NCBI GenBank assembly: GCA_013239625.1
Contig: MU056029.1
Location: forward strand, 620,001 to 684,000
Origin: Lama guanicoe
Lineage: Eukaryota
DNA length: 64,000 nt
Reading direction: 5' to 3'
Shown here: one piece after another, positions 25,491 to 39,031 of the stretch
Position numbering within the stretch: position 1 is the first letter of the stretch
How the letters are laid out: the number at the start of each line of letters is the position of its first letter
Notes under the pieces: generated by a model
Seen by the model: the letters and a program-made list of their open reading frames with translations, nothing else
Databases searched by the model: none
Told to the model about the DNA's origin: nothing
Position numbers and translations under genes: made by a program

Positions 25491-27749
25491 TCACACCCTG
25501 GGGGTATGAACATTCTTCCCTTTGGCCTTGCTGTCTTTCCTGGCAATTTCCTAAAAGGATCTGTGCGTCTCTGTGCATTTGCACAGAACTCTTTCCTCTC
25601 CTTTATAGCAGGAACTTCAGCTCACCTGGTCCCGCGAGTCCCTCCCATGTCTGGCTCACGGGTGATCCTAGCTCCCTCACCTCTCTGTGGTCAGCTCCAC
25701 CTACCAGACATACTCAATCACCCGTTGTTGGTTTGGGTCCTTCCACATCTTTTACATTTGTGTCCTCAGTGCTGGTGACAATCCTAACACAGGAAACATG
25801 CTCAGAAAGTGTCAGCTCAAGTAAGAAATGAACAAATGTAAATGGCTCTGAGCCCTTTGGGGGGTCGGTGCAGGCCAGGCACCAGAGGGGGCAGTGAACG
25901 CTGAGACCCGGCCCAGCTTCTCATCTTAGGACAATGAAGCTAAAGAGCAAGCATGTCTGCTGTCTTTTGAGATCTCATCAGACTGAATTTTACAACCATC
26001 GGCAACAACCCCTTGGTTTAGCATCAAACATATTGCACGTTTGCATTCACAAAAAGTCCTGCCTGCAAAGCAAGAATCGTCTAAAAATATCTTTCCAATC
26101 CTTCCTCTCAGACACCTGTTTTGAAAGATTTTCATCCAACTAAATTCCCTGCATTTATTAAGAAATACCACATTTATGTTTCCACTATTGTATCATTTAA
26201 ATTTTGATTTAGATTTTCATTAAAGACCTATAGTTATTAAGAGCTTATAATAGTATTATGAATTCACAGGACTCACTATCTTGTTTGAGGCTCTCAGAGC
26301 TTAAAGTGAGGTGGGCAGGTTCCCTCAGCACAGCACCTGCCCTGCCTGCTATGCTGGCACAAAGGCACCTCAGATGTGGGTGTGTCCTAGTGGGATGCTG
26401 TGAACACCAGCTGCTAGTGGTGTTTGGACCTCAGTCATTCCCCAGAAATACCAGTTACCCCACAGACAGCTCATTGGTAATTTGCTTCCTCAAACAGACC
26501 ATGATTTCCTCCATGACAGAAGGAGGAGACTGTGTGAGGTGTGGTTAGCTCTGTACCTGCAGCATGATGCCATGCCTAATGGTCTAACAATATTTGCCCA
26601 ATGAATAGAATGGATGAGTCAACGTAAGAGTGACCATGGTTCAACCCACATTCCCAGACTCCACCAAATGTGGCAGGCACCTGATTCAGATAAGGAAAAT
26701 GAAGTCACTTTTAGTTAACTTGTGGACAATTCCCACTGTCATTTTTGAAATATCAAGAACAGCGTTCAGAACTACATGGCTAACTTTTGCCCTTTTCCTA
26801 CCCCACCTGCCTGTGCAGCACAGAATTCAGGTTTGCCTTCTCTGCAGGGTGGTGTAAAGCAGTCCTGGATGGAAGTTCAGAGGTTTTCTTGTCTCCTAGC
26901 TTTTGAAAAATACCTTGATTTTTCTCAACAGGCAATAACAACTTATAATAAATAGTCTTTATGTCATGTTATTTTAATTTCATGATTGCTATTATAAGAG
27001 TAGTGCCTTAAGACCAGGAATTCCAAAAGCAGGTGCAGTGTATTAATAGGTTCTTAGTATCTAAAAGAAACAGGAAAATGATCATTGGAGCACTTCTGCG
27101 TAGAGCCAGGGGAAGGCAGGGATGATGCAGAAGGGTATGATCCAGCCCCCCAGAGCCCCTGGTCAGCCAGGCTTTTTAATATCTTGTTGTCTAAATGCAA
27201 GCTTATGATATTTTTTTCCTTTAATAATACAAGTTCCTTCTGAAATCCATTCCTGGAGTATTTTAATAAAATACGTTTTAACTCAATCTCCATGATGGGC
27301 TGTGGTGGGCTATCCCAGTGAGCATAAAACTATAGCCATGCTTAATTGTTAGAAGGGACATTTCTGTTTAAAGGAAGAGGTTTCCTGCATCAAATAGGGA
27401 ACAGTCCCGTGGGGCGAGCATGAGAAGCACTTACAATGTCCCTGTATCATGCTGTCCTCTCTGCTCCCAGGATTAGAGTCATCCTAAGAAGGTACGTGCT
27501 GAGGACACCCAGCTCTCCCCTCCGTGCATTTTATTAAGATCAGTGAAATAAAATGGTCAAGATGCAAACACCCACCCCAAAGTCATGATGGGACATGATG
27601 GAGATTGACGGGGAATGGGGACCATGGACAAGTCTGAGAAAGTGAGAGCACAGAGCAATACTCCCCTGTTTCAAATACCAAGTTATACCAAGATATTTTG
27701 AAATGTGAGGTTTCTGTTCTGGTCTTTTTAGACAAAAGGTGGTCATGTA

Positions 27750-29360
27750 GGTTATGATTGGAGAAAAGATAAAATAGGAAGTGGAATGGGACAGGCCAGC
27801 ACTGGGATGGCGTAGGAAAAGCAAGGACCCTGGCACGTAGGGAGGGGGCACCTTAGACCCCAAAAGGCGCAGTCCCCTAGATCAGCAGCAGTGGCTGAGT
27901 CAAAGAGCAACTGCATCTGACAGTCTGATTGGCTTCTACGTTTGTCATCTCATCCACGTGCTGTGGAAACATATAAACGCTGTGGCCTCAGCCTGTCCTG
28001 ATCCTGCCGCATGTGGTGCCATCAACCAGCGCTCTCAGCTGTGAACACGTGCAGCCCCACAGCCCTGAAAACCCTGCTTCGATCTGACTGAATGTGCACA
28101 TGCTTCTCCAGATGTCTGCATGGCCTGGGGAGACACCTTGTGTGGGCACGAGGCTGCAGCGCTCATGACCCTGCCCATGCGACTTAACCAGATCAACACA
28201 ATGGTGGCAACGAATCCCAAACTGGAAGGGACTGTGCCCCTTTGGCTTGTATGTGTGTCTGTGAACCATGGAATATTACCTCACTGGAAATAGATTTTTG
28301 CGACCCATCTGTTGCCAAAACTCAGTCTCCGTACCCCAATTACTGAATTGAGTCTCAGGGACAGAGTTTTGCATAAAGCAGAAAAAGTAGCTTCATTTCT
28401 TTGCCAGGCAAAGATCACAGGGGGCTAACACCTCTAAGACTGTGAGCCTGCTGGGGAGAGAAGGCGGGGGGGTTTTACAGTAAAAGTTCAAGAGGCAGAG
28501 CTAGTTCCCGTAGAGATCGCATACAGGGTAATGATTTGTTGCGAAGTTGTTCTTGTTTTTGTGGATGCAGAGGTCCCTTTTCTTCTACTGGGTATGAAGT
28601 TCACCTCTGGCTTTGGGTATCTCCTAATATTTTTGTGCCTAGAACAAAGAGTGCTTAGGAAGGGGGACTGTGGAAAAGTGCTCTCAAGAAAAACTTGTGC
28701 AGCTTAAAGTCAGATTGGTATATGCTTCTAGCATTTTTGGCAAGCCAAAGCCTGAGGCCTCTTGCTGCAGTGTTTGCACAGACTGGGACCTGCACCTCCA
28801 ACAACAGAATACAAAGAAACCACAGGGGCCAAAGATAACTGCATGCATTCCCGGTTAGGGCAAGTTATGAACAGCGAGATGCAGAAAACAGACACCCAAC
28901 TCCATTTCTGAGGTGTTGGGAGCAAAAGCAGGGCACTGAGCATGATCCCTGCACACAGCACCATGAGGGGGTTGGGTGGACCACCGAAGCTTCCCTCCCG
29001 TTCAGTCTAAGAGCATGAGAAAAGCCATTTAGATTATTATACAAATAAGTATTTACAAATGCCATATGGTCACTGATGATAATAGGGTACTGCTTGGTTA
29101 CAAATCTATTGATTGCTCTAGCAATTGCTGACAATGACATCAAAGATCAGAAAGTCAATTTGGACGTCTTTGAGTGGGTTATAATAGGTAATAGTCTGAC
29201 CCTAGTCTACATCCTGGCTATCTCTACAACCCTACATCTCTGGAACTTACTTGGAATTGACTAAATCTGGGACTTTTGGGCAAGGGGCATAATTGACATT
29301 GGTCTCATTCTGCTACTTGAAGACTGTTGATAGTAGCCTTGATTCAATACTGTCTGAGAC
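27750..29360 (+). pseudogene. Decayed endogenous retrovirus pol-end/env relic (split by LTR at 28310-29102)
   Basis: Ordered motifs: DWRK..GMG..PWHVGRGHLRP (27756-27860); LSQRATASDSLIGFYVCH (27895-27948); CAPLACMCVCEPW (28233-28271); QKVNLDVFEWVIIGNSLTLVYILA (ends 29219); WARGIIDIGLILLL / LLIVALIQYCLR (to 29359). Confidence 0.65.
28310..29102 (-). mobile_element. Solo LTR, family C (about 790 bp)
   Basis: TGTTGCC...CTGCTTGGTTACA; near-TSD CATC/AATC; homologous to 62982-63752. Confidence 0.9.
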
Positions 29361-31542
29361 ACATCAGATGGCTTTGGCCCCAGCACCTGCTGGCCAAATT
29401 AACCAGAACAGCTGGCAGAATGGCATTCTAGTGAAAATTTGAGTTTGGGAGAGAACATTTTGGAACACGCTTTGGAGCGATGAGAGCACTTTACCTACTT
29501 CCCTTAAAAACTCAGGCACAAATCTCCATGTGGATCTTATATTTCAAGTTCAAAAAAGCTTTAAGAACACAAGAAATAGGGCAACTATCTTGCTGTTTGA
29601 TAGTTTGGGGCACAGACTCTGTGAGAACCATTCTCAAATTACAGCACGTGAGTTCCCTTTTTATTTAAGCAGCTGCACTGGACTTAGAACAGAATTGTTG
29701 ATGGAAATGTTTCCATTTTTGAAAGTTTTGTGTTTAGAAGACAATGGAGCCTTTCTCAAAGTTGACTCTGATAAATATATGACATTTATATTGACATAAA
29801 CAGAATTACCCTCAATTGAACCCTCCAACTCATTGTTGGAATGTGGCAGGAAGGGGAACCAGAGAAGCAGGAAGGAAACAGGGAAGGAAGGATAGGGGAG
29901 AAAAGGAAAAGAAGGGAGGTACGGCTGTAGTTTGAAGATGGAGGCTGTAGATTTGGGTATCCTTTCTAACTTTTTTATATCTTGCTTTTGTTATTTTATT
30001 TTCCTCTCCTTGGGTTCACTTTCAGGCCTAACATAACATGGCTCAAGTAAAAATGTGTTTGTTTTCGGAGGAGAAGGAAACCAGGAGTGGGAAGAGTGTA
30101 TCCCAGCCGGGTTCCAGCCTTGAAGAAGGGAGCATCCCCAGGAACAGAGGGGCAGCCACAGATGCAGAGAGGAGAGCAGCAGGTTAAACTGAGTCTTGCA
30201 GTGAGAAGGAAAAGGTGGTCAGGGACTGACCTTGGCCAGAGAAGAGTTTTGCTGGAAGACTGGTGGAATTTTCCAACACAGACTAGAGGAGCAGGTATTC
30301 CCTGAATACAAACACTGGTAAAGTCCCACCAGGTCAATGAGTGGAGACTTCCGACATCCCTTTCCGGATTTCTACAAAGAAGCCATTTGCTCTCTCCCCA
30401 AAGGGCAGGTCTTTCTTGGGTCTCTCGGGGACCTCTTCAGCTTTCACATAGCATTAATTTATTTCACCTTGTTAACTGGGCTGTGGCTGGCCCCTGGGAT
30501 ACCAATTAGCTGGATTTTATAGTGAGAAAACAACAAGGCCATTAAGATTATAGCCTCATGATTTGCCAGACACATTTCCTATTTTAACTGGAATCTACTA
30601 TGCTCGTTGTTTTGTGAATGCTGTTAGTGAAGTTGCAGCCATCCCTAGTCCAGACCATACATGAGGCTCTGCGATGCTTATTACTCCACCTCAAACACCT
30701 GTGCATGTGCAAGTCATGTTAACACATGACACTTACCAAATGTCATGCCAAAACCATAATTAATGCACGAAGCTGTAACCTCCAGTGTACTTGGAGAATT
30801 AAATATGCATCCACTACTAGTTGTTAATGTTGAACTAATAAAAATGAAGAAAGGGCAGTTCTACTGAGGAAATTCATATTAACCATTGACTAGAGGGGGA
30901 AAATTATTTATTGCTCATAGACAAATAGCATGATTTTATTTCTCCTTTAAAAATATTATCTATATTACATTTGTTAATGACATCTAAGTTTAAAGATTAA
31001 TTGAGAAACATGGTAACAAATGCTAAGTTATATTTTAAAGATTCTGTTAGAATGAGTTTTTCACACTCTCTCAAAAAGGAAGTCTATTATAAATGTGTGA
31101 AGCTATTTTTAGGGACCTTTTTGGAGCTAAGTAAGATCTTAACTCACAGAATAATTTTCAAGTGGAAACTTGGTGTGGACATGGAAAGGATGTGAATCCA
31201 TTGAGTTAAATCTGTGGATTGTCCCAGGGGGTCAATGGTGAGCTGGAGTCTCTCGTTCTAATAAGACAAGAATTTGGTCTAAGAGATTTGATGATTTAAT
31301 CAATATTTCTGACACTTTGGGCAGAAATTACTTTTACTGATTTCTCCAAATCCCATGCAATCCTTCATCATGAGTTGATTTAACCAGGCCCAAAGCTTAA
31401 ATCACAACTTTGGTATGAGCAAGAATCCTGAGTATAAGTCAACAAATATGCTCAGGTTTCCATAAGTTAAATGTCACCAGTAGAAGGGGGCCTGGAGTGC
31501 CCAGCTATAGACAGAGATACACATACAGACACTCCAGGATAC

Positions 31543-31586
<44 letters not shown>
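31543..31586. repeat. (TAT)n microsatellite, about 14 units
   Basis: Perfect trinucleotide run. Confidence 0.97.
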
Positions 31587-31588
<2 letters not shown>

Positions 31589-31759
31589 CTGTACATTAAT
31601 TTTCCAGCACAGAACTTTGCACATGTGGCGCTCAGGGAGAGTTTTTGATATTGACTGATTTAGTGAATTACCTGAATGACCTTGTAAAAGTAGTTTGCTT
31701 TTTCTGTGTCTATTTCTGCACATGCAAACTATTTTTTTTAAGTTCCTTACAAAAATAAA

Positions 31760-31970
31760 TTGGAAATAGGAATCAGAACATCTGAATTCAAATCCTGGGT
31801 GTGTCATTCACCTGCTATCTCTCATGGACAAGTTACTCAATCAAGTTACTTCTCTGAAATGAAGACAAAAATACTCTCTTTCCTATTATTGAGAGAAATA
31901 AATGAACTGTACGACCCCAGTGCCTACAAGGTGATTGACACGGAGTGCAAATTTCATAGGCACTTACTTG
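31760..31970 (+). mobile_element. MIR SINE
   Basis: GAATTCAAATCCTGG...GGACAAGTTACTCAA. Confidence 0.55.
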
Positions 31971-33019
31971 TCTGTTCCCTTTCAGCTGCAGTAGTCTGTA
32001 ATTCAGTTCCACTTAGGAACTGGAACTCAGAGAAAAACAGGTCATTTTAGATTATTAGCCCCTTTCTGTTCTGTAAGATCCACATGACATATTCAAACTG
32101 TTGATTTACTTGTTTTTGGACGAAGACACAGAAATACATTTTCCCATTTGGAAGATTGAGTCGAGAAAGGCCATTTCATTTCCCTTTCCTTTCCGAGAAT
32201 TCATTTATCTTTCAAACTGTTACAAATCTCCTCTTGTCAGTGATTGCTCTTGTACAGAAGAGGGGAGATGTGCAAGTCCTTGTAAAATGCCACACCAAGG
32301 CTTCTGCTGGTGTTTCCATTTCTACAGGGTTTAATGTTTTAATAACTTCATCTTACACCCATTCTCCAGTGTTCTCACCACTGTGCTATGAGTGGGAGCG
32401 GTTACATGCTTCTTTTTGAAATGAAGACATTAAGGTGTAGGGAGCCAAAAGGATTTTCCTAAATCCATCTGATGAACACAGACAGGGAAAGAATGATCCA
32501 CACTGCCTAATGATTCCATGAACTCACTCCTGGATGAAAAAGGGAAAAATAATTTGCATTTTTACAATAATTAGTCTTCTCAATATCACCATCCAAATGT
32601 TTACTTTTAGGTGGACTTTTCAAATAACTGGGCCTTGTTTTTCATATATATGTCAATGTGTATAAATACACATGTATACAGATATCTAGGTCAATGCTAG
32701 TAAGACTGACAAAATATCATGATGCATACTTAATTTATCTAAATAGTCCTCTTCAAAAGTAGTAAGTTCAGGTAGATGGGGTAAGAACAGGGCTACCATT
32801 ACTGAGATGCAGTAGTGTGCACTGGAAAAGGAATTGCACTCAGCTCTGCCTTTACTTTTTGTAGGTAGTACATAATATACTTAACCACTCTGAAATTCAG
32901 TTTTCTCATTTGCAATAGGACTAATGATGCTAAAGGAGATGTGGAAAGTTTCTAACAAAATTTTAGCATATAGTAGATACTTAATCAATTTTTAAATGGT
33001 GAAGGGTGGCATTTTGGCA

Positions 33020-35430
33020 CAAAGACTTCTTTTCTAACCCTTTTAATTTTTATTTATTTCCCTTGACTTTGTGATTTTGCAGAACTTCTAACACATGTTG
33101 AATGGCAGTGGGGAGAACAGAAATTTCTTGTCTCTTTCCAAATTGTTACTGAGTCCAAACTCATTCTTCTCACCCCATGACAGGCCAATAAATCAGGAGA
33201 CGAGGTGTTGAAGCAAGGAATAGCGACTTTATTCAGAAAACCGGCAGACCGAGAGGATGGCAGACTAATGTCTTAGAGAACCATCCTGCTGCAGTCAGAA
33301 TACAGGCTCCTTTTATACAAAAAAACAAAAACAAAGAAACTAGGGGAGGGGGTATGGTTCATTGTTGCAAACTTCTTGCTGCAGGAATTCTTTGTTCTTG
33401 CAGCCGTCCCTGTGAGCCAGGTCATGGTGCCCCTGTAAACCTCCAACAAAACAAAGGTTATTCTCTGTTATTCTCTGTCATCTCTGCATAAGTGCAGAAG
33501 TTCTGACATCCTTAAAGGTCAGAGCCATGAAAATAGGCTCTCCTGTATATTTCAGGCTAAAGGCAACATTGTTTTACAAAAGGTGCATAGCTGGCAAGAC
33601 TAAGCCTAGGAAACAGGGCACTGTGTTCAAGACTAAAGGAACAGATCCAATATGGAGTCAGATTTGTTCTCTATTACACAATCTCAATGGAAATGCAACT
33701 GAATGATGCTCTTCTTCAGATTAAAGATGTTCTCTCCTATTCCTAGTTGACTAACAGATTTTATAATTATGAGTGTTCAATTTTTATAATTTTTTGCATC
33801 TATTAAAATAATCATATAATTCTTTTTTCATCCTATTACATCGTGAAGTAGAATGACTGATTTTTAAATCAGTCACTTGTTTTAGATTAATCTTGCACTG
33901 CTAAAATATATAAACTCAGTTTTGACGAATTACTCTTTTTTTGTGTAGTGCCAGATTTTATTCATTTTGTTTATGATTTTTGCAGCTGAATTCATGAGAG
34001 AACTGGACCTATAATTTCCTTTTTCCTTTGTCAAATTTTGAAATCAAAGTTATGCTGGCTTTGTATAAAACAAGTTGCAGAGTACTTAATCTATTTTTCT
34101 TTCCAGTTCATGAAATAATTAAGCAAGATTGGTGTGGTTTTTTAGTCCTTAAATTTGTGACAGAATTAACTGGTGAAACCAGCTGGGCTTGGGGTTGTCT
34201 TTGTGGGAAGATTTATAATTACAGTTTCATTTTCTCTGATAATTGTAGGATTCCATGTTTTCTGTTGTTAGTTGTCTTTTTCCATTGTTTGTCCATTTCA
34301 TCTAAATTTTCAAATACGTTGGTGTTAATTTCATCCTATGATATGTGCAATATCCTTATGCTGCCCTCATTTCAAAAATCACTATGATCTTTGTGATGAT
34401 CTTTTTTTATTCCTCTTGCTATAGTTTCTTCCTGATCAGTGTCTCCTGGGATTTAGTATTTTTTTAGTCTTTCAAAGAATTGAATTTTAGGTTATTTGAT
34501 CTTTCCTACTGCACACTTGTTTTTTAATCCATTGCTTTCAGCATTTATCTTGATTATTTTCACCTTTCTTCTTCCTTTTGGGCTAAATTTGCTGTTCTTT
34601 TAAAGCATCTTGTGACGGGCTCATTAATTTTCAGGCTTCTTTCTTTTCTATAAATTTTTCTCTGTATCTCATTTGTTTTGATGTACAGTTTTATTCTCAA
34701 AATTCATTTCAAATTGTTTTCTAGATTCTGTTGGGATTTCTTCTCTGACCCATATATTTTTAGAAAGATATTTTTAAACTTTCACAAGTAGATTTTCTAG
34801 TCTGAAAAATCTTTGATGTTTGATATACATATTTAATCAATTTAAAAATAGATTTGCATTGAGGTCTACAATTTTATTACTTTTTTACTATTTTCAGTCT
34901 ATTATAAATTCATTTTTCTTCTTTCTTGTCTCCATTTAGAGTATTTTTTATCATTCCATTTTTTTAAAAAAATTCCTTAAAAGTTTCTTGCCCTTTCATC
35001 ATTCTTTTTGGTATTAGCCTAGAGATTACACAGAGTTTTGACTTACAAATATCTAATATTAATCAATATTTTTCCCTCAGAGAACACAAAAACATTAAAA
35101 TCCTTTAATATTATTTATCCTGAATAAGATGTATATGTAGTTTGAAATGCTATACATTTATATGTACATGTATATATATATATATAAATTAAGATCTATA
35201 TTTTAAGTTCTATAAACTCGTTATTTTTTCATATAGTCAATGTGCAATTAAATTTACTCAAATAGTTACTGCTTTTCATTCTTTTTGCAATCTGATCATC
35301 TCTCTGGGAGCATTTCCTTTTGTCTGGAGAGTACTTGTTAGTATTTCCTTTAGAGAAGTACGCAGTAACAAACTTCTTCACATGTATTTACTTAATCTTC
35401 ATTTTTGGTATTTAATTTTATTTTCTTCCT
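33020..35430 (-). mobile_element. Old L1M body (split by family A LTR)
   Basis: T-rich antisense ORF2 motifs such as TATTCCTAGTTGACTAACAG and GGTGAAACCAGCTGGGCTTGG. Confidence 0.75.
33144..33678 (-). mobile_element. Solo LTR, family A, copy 4
   Basis: TGTTACTGAGTCCAAAC...CTATTACA; near-TSD AAAT/CAAT. Confidence 0.95.
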
Positions 35431-35447
35431 GGTGCTGGTGATTACTC

Positions 35448-35998
35448 TGTGGAGATGGGTTGGGCTCCCCACACCAAATTTGGTTTGGATATTGAGACTG
35501 AAGCCGCCACACACCCCAAAGGGAGCTGCCAAAGTTTATCACTCACCATAGGGGGGCTTTCTGGGGCCATCATGGGAGGATGCTAAGGTGGTCCCCAAAA
35601 TGGCTTTAGAGGCAGCAGAAATGCACTGGCTGGGTATATTTCAGTGATTCTGAGGTGGAGTCAAGATGAAGGTTCTCGGGGGAGAGTATAGCTCAGTGGT
35701 AGAGTGTGTGCTTAGCATGCATGGGGTCCTGGGCTCAATCCCCAGCACCTCCATTAAAAATAAAATAAAATAAACAAACAAACAAACAAACCTAATTACT
35801 TCCCACAACACAAAAAATTATAATGAAGGCTCTCTTAGTAAGCTGGGGCTTGTAGAGACTGAACTCCCCCTCCCAGAGCCAAAGGAGGGGGCACCGGGCT
35901 TTCTTAGCAGCTTGCTCAGTTGGGCAAGAAAGTGATGGATGAGGCTTAAAAGATGTTAGCAGTCAAATATCAAGAATAGAGTCAGACTCTTCATTACA
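35448..35998 (-). mobile_element. MER89/MER90-group-like LTR, split by SINE
   Basis: End reverse-complements to TGTAATGAAGAGTCTGACTC; near-TSD ACTC/ACTG. Confidence 0.7.
35678..35822 (+). mobile_element. tRNA-Ala-derived SINE (Vic-1-like)
   Basis: A box TAGCTCAGTGG, CTTAGCAT anticodon-like loop, (AAAC)n tail; 12-bp TSD ATGAAGGTTCTC/ATGAAGGCTCTC. Confidence 0.95.
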
Positions 35999-36094
35999 AC
36001 TGCCCTTTATTTCTCTGTTTACTTTTTTTTTTTGTAGTTGCACTTGGGCAAATACTATGTGCTATTAGTTTATAAAAATCTATTTACAAAAAAA

Positions 36095-36186
36095 ATAAGA
36101 AAAGGAATATATATATATGTATAAATGAATCACTGTACACCAGAAAGTAAGACAGCATTGTAAATCAACTATACTTCAATAAAAAA
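36095..36186 (+). mobile_element. Short L1 3' terminus
   Basis: ATTGTAAATCAACTATACTTCAATAAAAAA, same end as the L1 at 19273-19993. Confidence 0.8.
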
Positions 36187-37659
36187 GTTTATTTACAGTC
36201 AACATTATGCCACTTCCTCTTCACTAACAGCAGTTTAATTCCATTTATCTCTCCTCACCTGGAGTTAGCGCCAGGCTCCAGGCTGGGCCGCATGGCCACA
36301 GTCGGCTTCTGCAATTGCAGAGAAGTAGATGTTTGAATGCTTTCTGAGATGCTATGGGAAAGCTCTCAGCAGGTGGTGGGAAAGATCAGGGTTTGATGGA
36401 ATGTGGAAGAAGCTGAGACTCAGCAAGTTGTAAGGATTGAGTGTATAAACTTTCTTCTTCTTGGACTCCATTTCTGCATTTGCAGACAATTCCACCGGCA
36501 CATCTACAAAGTTGTCCAGGCTGCACTGACCCAGGGGCGCCTCCCTGGCCAGGTTTGACTGTACACTCAGCTGTTCAGTCTGCACCCCAGGCTTTCTAAC
36601 TAGGGGTGCCCTCCTATGCTTCAGTACCACCTGGGGCTCCTACAATCTCCAGACATCCGTTTTACATTCAGAAAATTCTGATACGACTGATTTCTTCATA
36701 TGAGCTGAGCCCTTTCTCCCAGTCAATTTCATGAGGCCTTGTAGGTCAAGTCCAATGTTTTTCCCTTGTGAGTCTTACATTCAGAACTGCCCTCATGTAG
36801 GGCCCAAGTCTTCTCTCTTTTGGGTTAATCTTTCCTAGGTCCCTCAGCCATTTCCTAGGCAAAGGGACTCCAGAAGCCAAATAATTAAATAATTTTCAGA
36901 ATTCAGGTAAGTAAAACAAAGGAGTCAAGTGGGCCTGGTCTTTGCATTAAACATACAGAAATAATCTTCACTCACACTTAGGAATCTTTAGTTTTGCTGC
37001 TTTTGATGGGCACAGGACCAGAGAAATATCTCTCTACCTGAAGAGAAGTGCCGCATAAACCTGAGGGTAACTGGGGACTAACCAGCGGCCTCATTCTTGC
37101 AGAGATACAGGCAGCGGGGGCCTGAGTCTGCAAGGCGTGCCCACCCTTCTAAACCATCAGCCCTTCTGATATCTAGACCATGAGGACCTCACGGGAAAAT
37201 GGAACAAATGTGATTAAGTCTTCTAATTGTTTGTGATTAAAAAAAAATAGGATCTAGGTTTGTATATGACATAGTCTGAATTTCAAATGTAAAGGTTCAA
37301 ATCATGCTTGAGACCCGGGGGCTTGTGGTGTGAGCAGAGCAGGGGTTCCCTGTCTGCTTTCAGTTTACCAAACCCCACCACAGCCTTCAGCCTGCTCTGG
37401 GAAGCCCGTCTCCTTCCTGGTACATGCTTCCCCACTCAGGAGGCTGTTTCCCAGGTATCTTCTGCTCCGTGTGGCTTAAAGTCATTCTAGATAAATAAGA
37501 CTGTCCCCTGAATTCTCTTAGGCCATTGTCATGGGAGGGCAGGTGACACATTTTCATGCTTGGCTCACACTGAGTTTTCCTGACAATCTCCAAACCTGTT
37601 TTTCGGTCATCTCTAAATCTTGTTTCCCTCATCCTGTTCTAAGAACTTATGGATCCTCT

Positions 37660-38136
37660 TGTTACTGAAGTCAAGTTCGTGAGCCTGCTGCACTGTGAGG
37701 ACAAAGAAACCAAAACATCAGAGTTTGGAGCAGGGGAAGTTTTATTACAGATCTGAGCAAGGAGAATGGGGTGACTTGTGCCCAAGAAAATTCCAAACTC
37801 CTCAAAGGGCTTCAGCAAAGCATATTTAAAGGCCAGATGAGGGACGAGGGTCACAGGGTACGTGATCAGCTTGTGCATAATCCTCTGATTGGCTGATGTT
37901 GGGGTAACAGGGCATCAACACTATCAACCCGTAGGTGTCAGAAGGTCTGGGAGCCACGTGCTCTTGATCATCAAGTAATTAAGTTCTTCCCTTTGGTGGT
38001 GGTTTTTAAGCACCTGAAAAACTCAGGAAATGTGCATGAGATATTATGATCTGGGTACTTCAGAGAGGAGCTGCAGCAGAGGATACAGGGGAGGGGTCTG
38101 ACCCTGAAAGGCCCGCCACGGTCCTGCTCGGTTACA
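37660..38136 (-). mobile_element. Solo LTR, family B
   Basis: TGTTACTGAAG...GTCCTGCTCGGTTACA; near-TSD CTCT/TTCT. Confidence 0.93.
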
Positions 38137-38889
38137 TTCTGACACATGAACAGAAATTTATAATGATCAAACTCACCTCTTTGGTGAGGTCCAGCACTTT
38201 GACAGAAAGATGCTTGTTCCTATTAGTCCAGATGGCGAGAAAGCAGCCAACCCTTGAATATGTCGAGTCCCCATTCAGTCAGCTCACATGCTTTGGTCCC
38301 CAGGGAGGATGAGGAGACAGTCCTGTAGGGGTCCAGCATCTCCCACCTGCACTCCCCTGGGGCCTCCATCCTCCTCCCCTGATTCCCCATGTTTGCTCCT
38401 GGGGGTGGAGGGCCTTCTTTCTTTCTCATCCCCTGGGACTCAGAGTGGCCGGTGCTGGTGTGGCACGTGGGTTCGCTTCTGGTGTACTCTCGCCTTGCTG
38501 AGTCTCAGGGGATGGCAGCAGAAGAGAAATCAGGTGATGTTTTTTCTTCAGAGGACACACTGTGGCCTGTGCATTTAACTTTTCAGCAGCAGAAGGAGAC
38601 AGGAGAGAAGTGACCCAGGGAGAGTCCACTCCACCCTGGCTGGGGGCTGATCCACACCATTAATTGGTACCTAGGAGCACTCAGAGAAACCCCGGTGCCA
38701 GGAGACCCTCCTCCTCCAGACAGACAGACTACATGCCACCTCTGAATGCAGTTGTGTGGTTGCTGATTGCAGAGAGGACAAGACAGGACAAGTGCGAGGC
38801 GGGCTGCAGTGAAAGGACAGAGGTGGCCCTCCTGCTCCTGGGCTGTGGACCATCACAGCTGTAATGGTGGGATCGTAATTACATGCATT

Positions 38890-39031
38890 TGGGGTAGTGG
38901 TGGTAATTAGATTTGTTTGTTTGTCTGTCTGTCTACCTACCTATCTACTTATTTAGAGGAGATACCGGGGACTGAACCCAGGACTTTGTGAATGCTAAAC
39001 ATGCACTCTACCAGTGAGCTATACCCTCCTC
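38890..39031 (-). mobile_element. tRNA-Ala-derived SINE (Vic-1-like)
   Basis: GGGGACTGAACCCAGGAC...GAGCTATACCCTCC. Confidence 0.88.

Noticed and set aside
35678..35753. tRNA-Ala-like sequence
   Set aside because: It has an A-rich tail, a TSD and seven diverged relatives in the window, so it is a SINE head rather than a tRNA gene.
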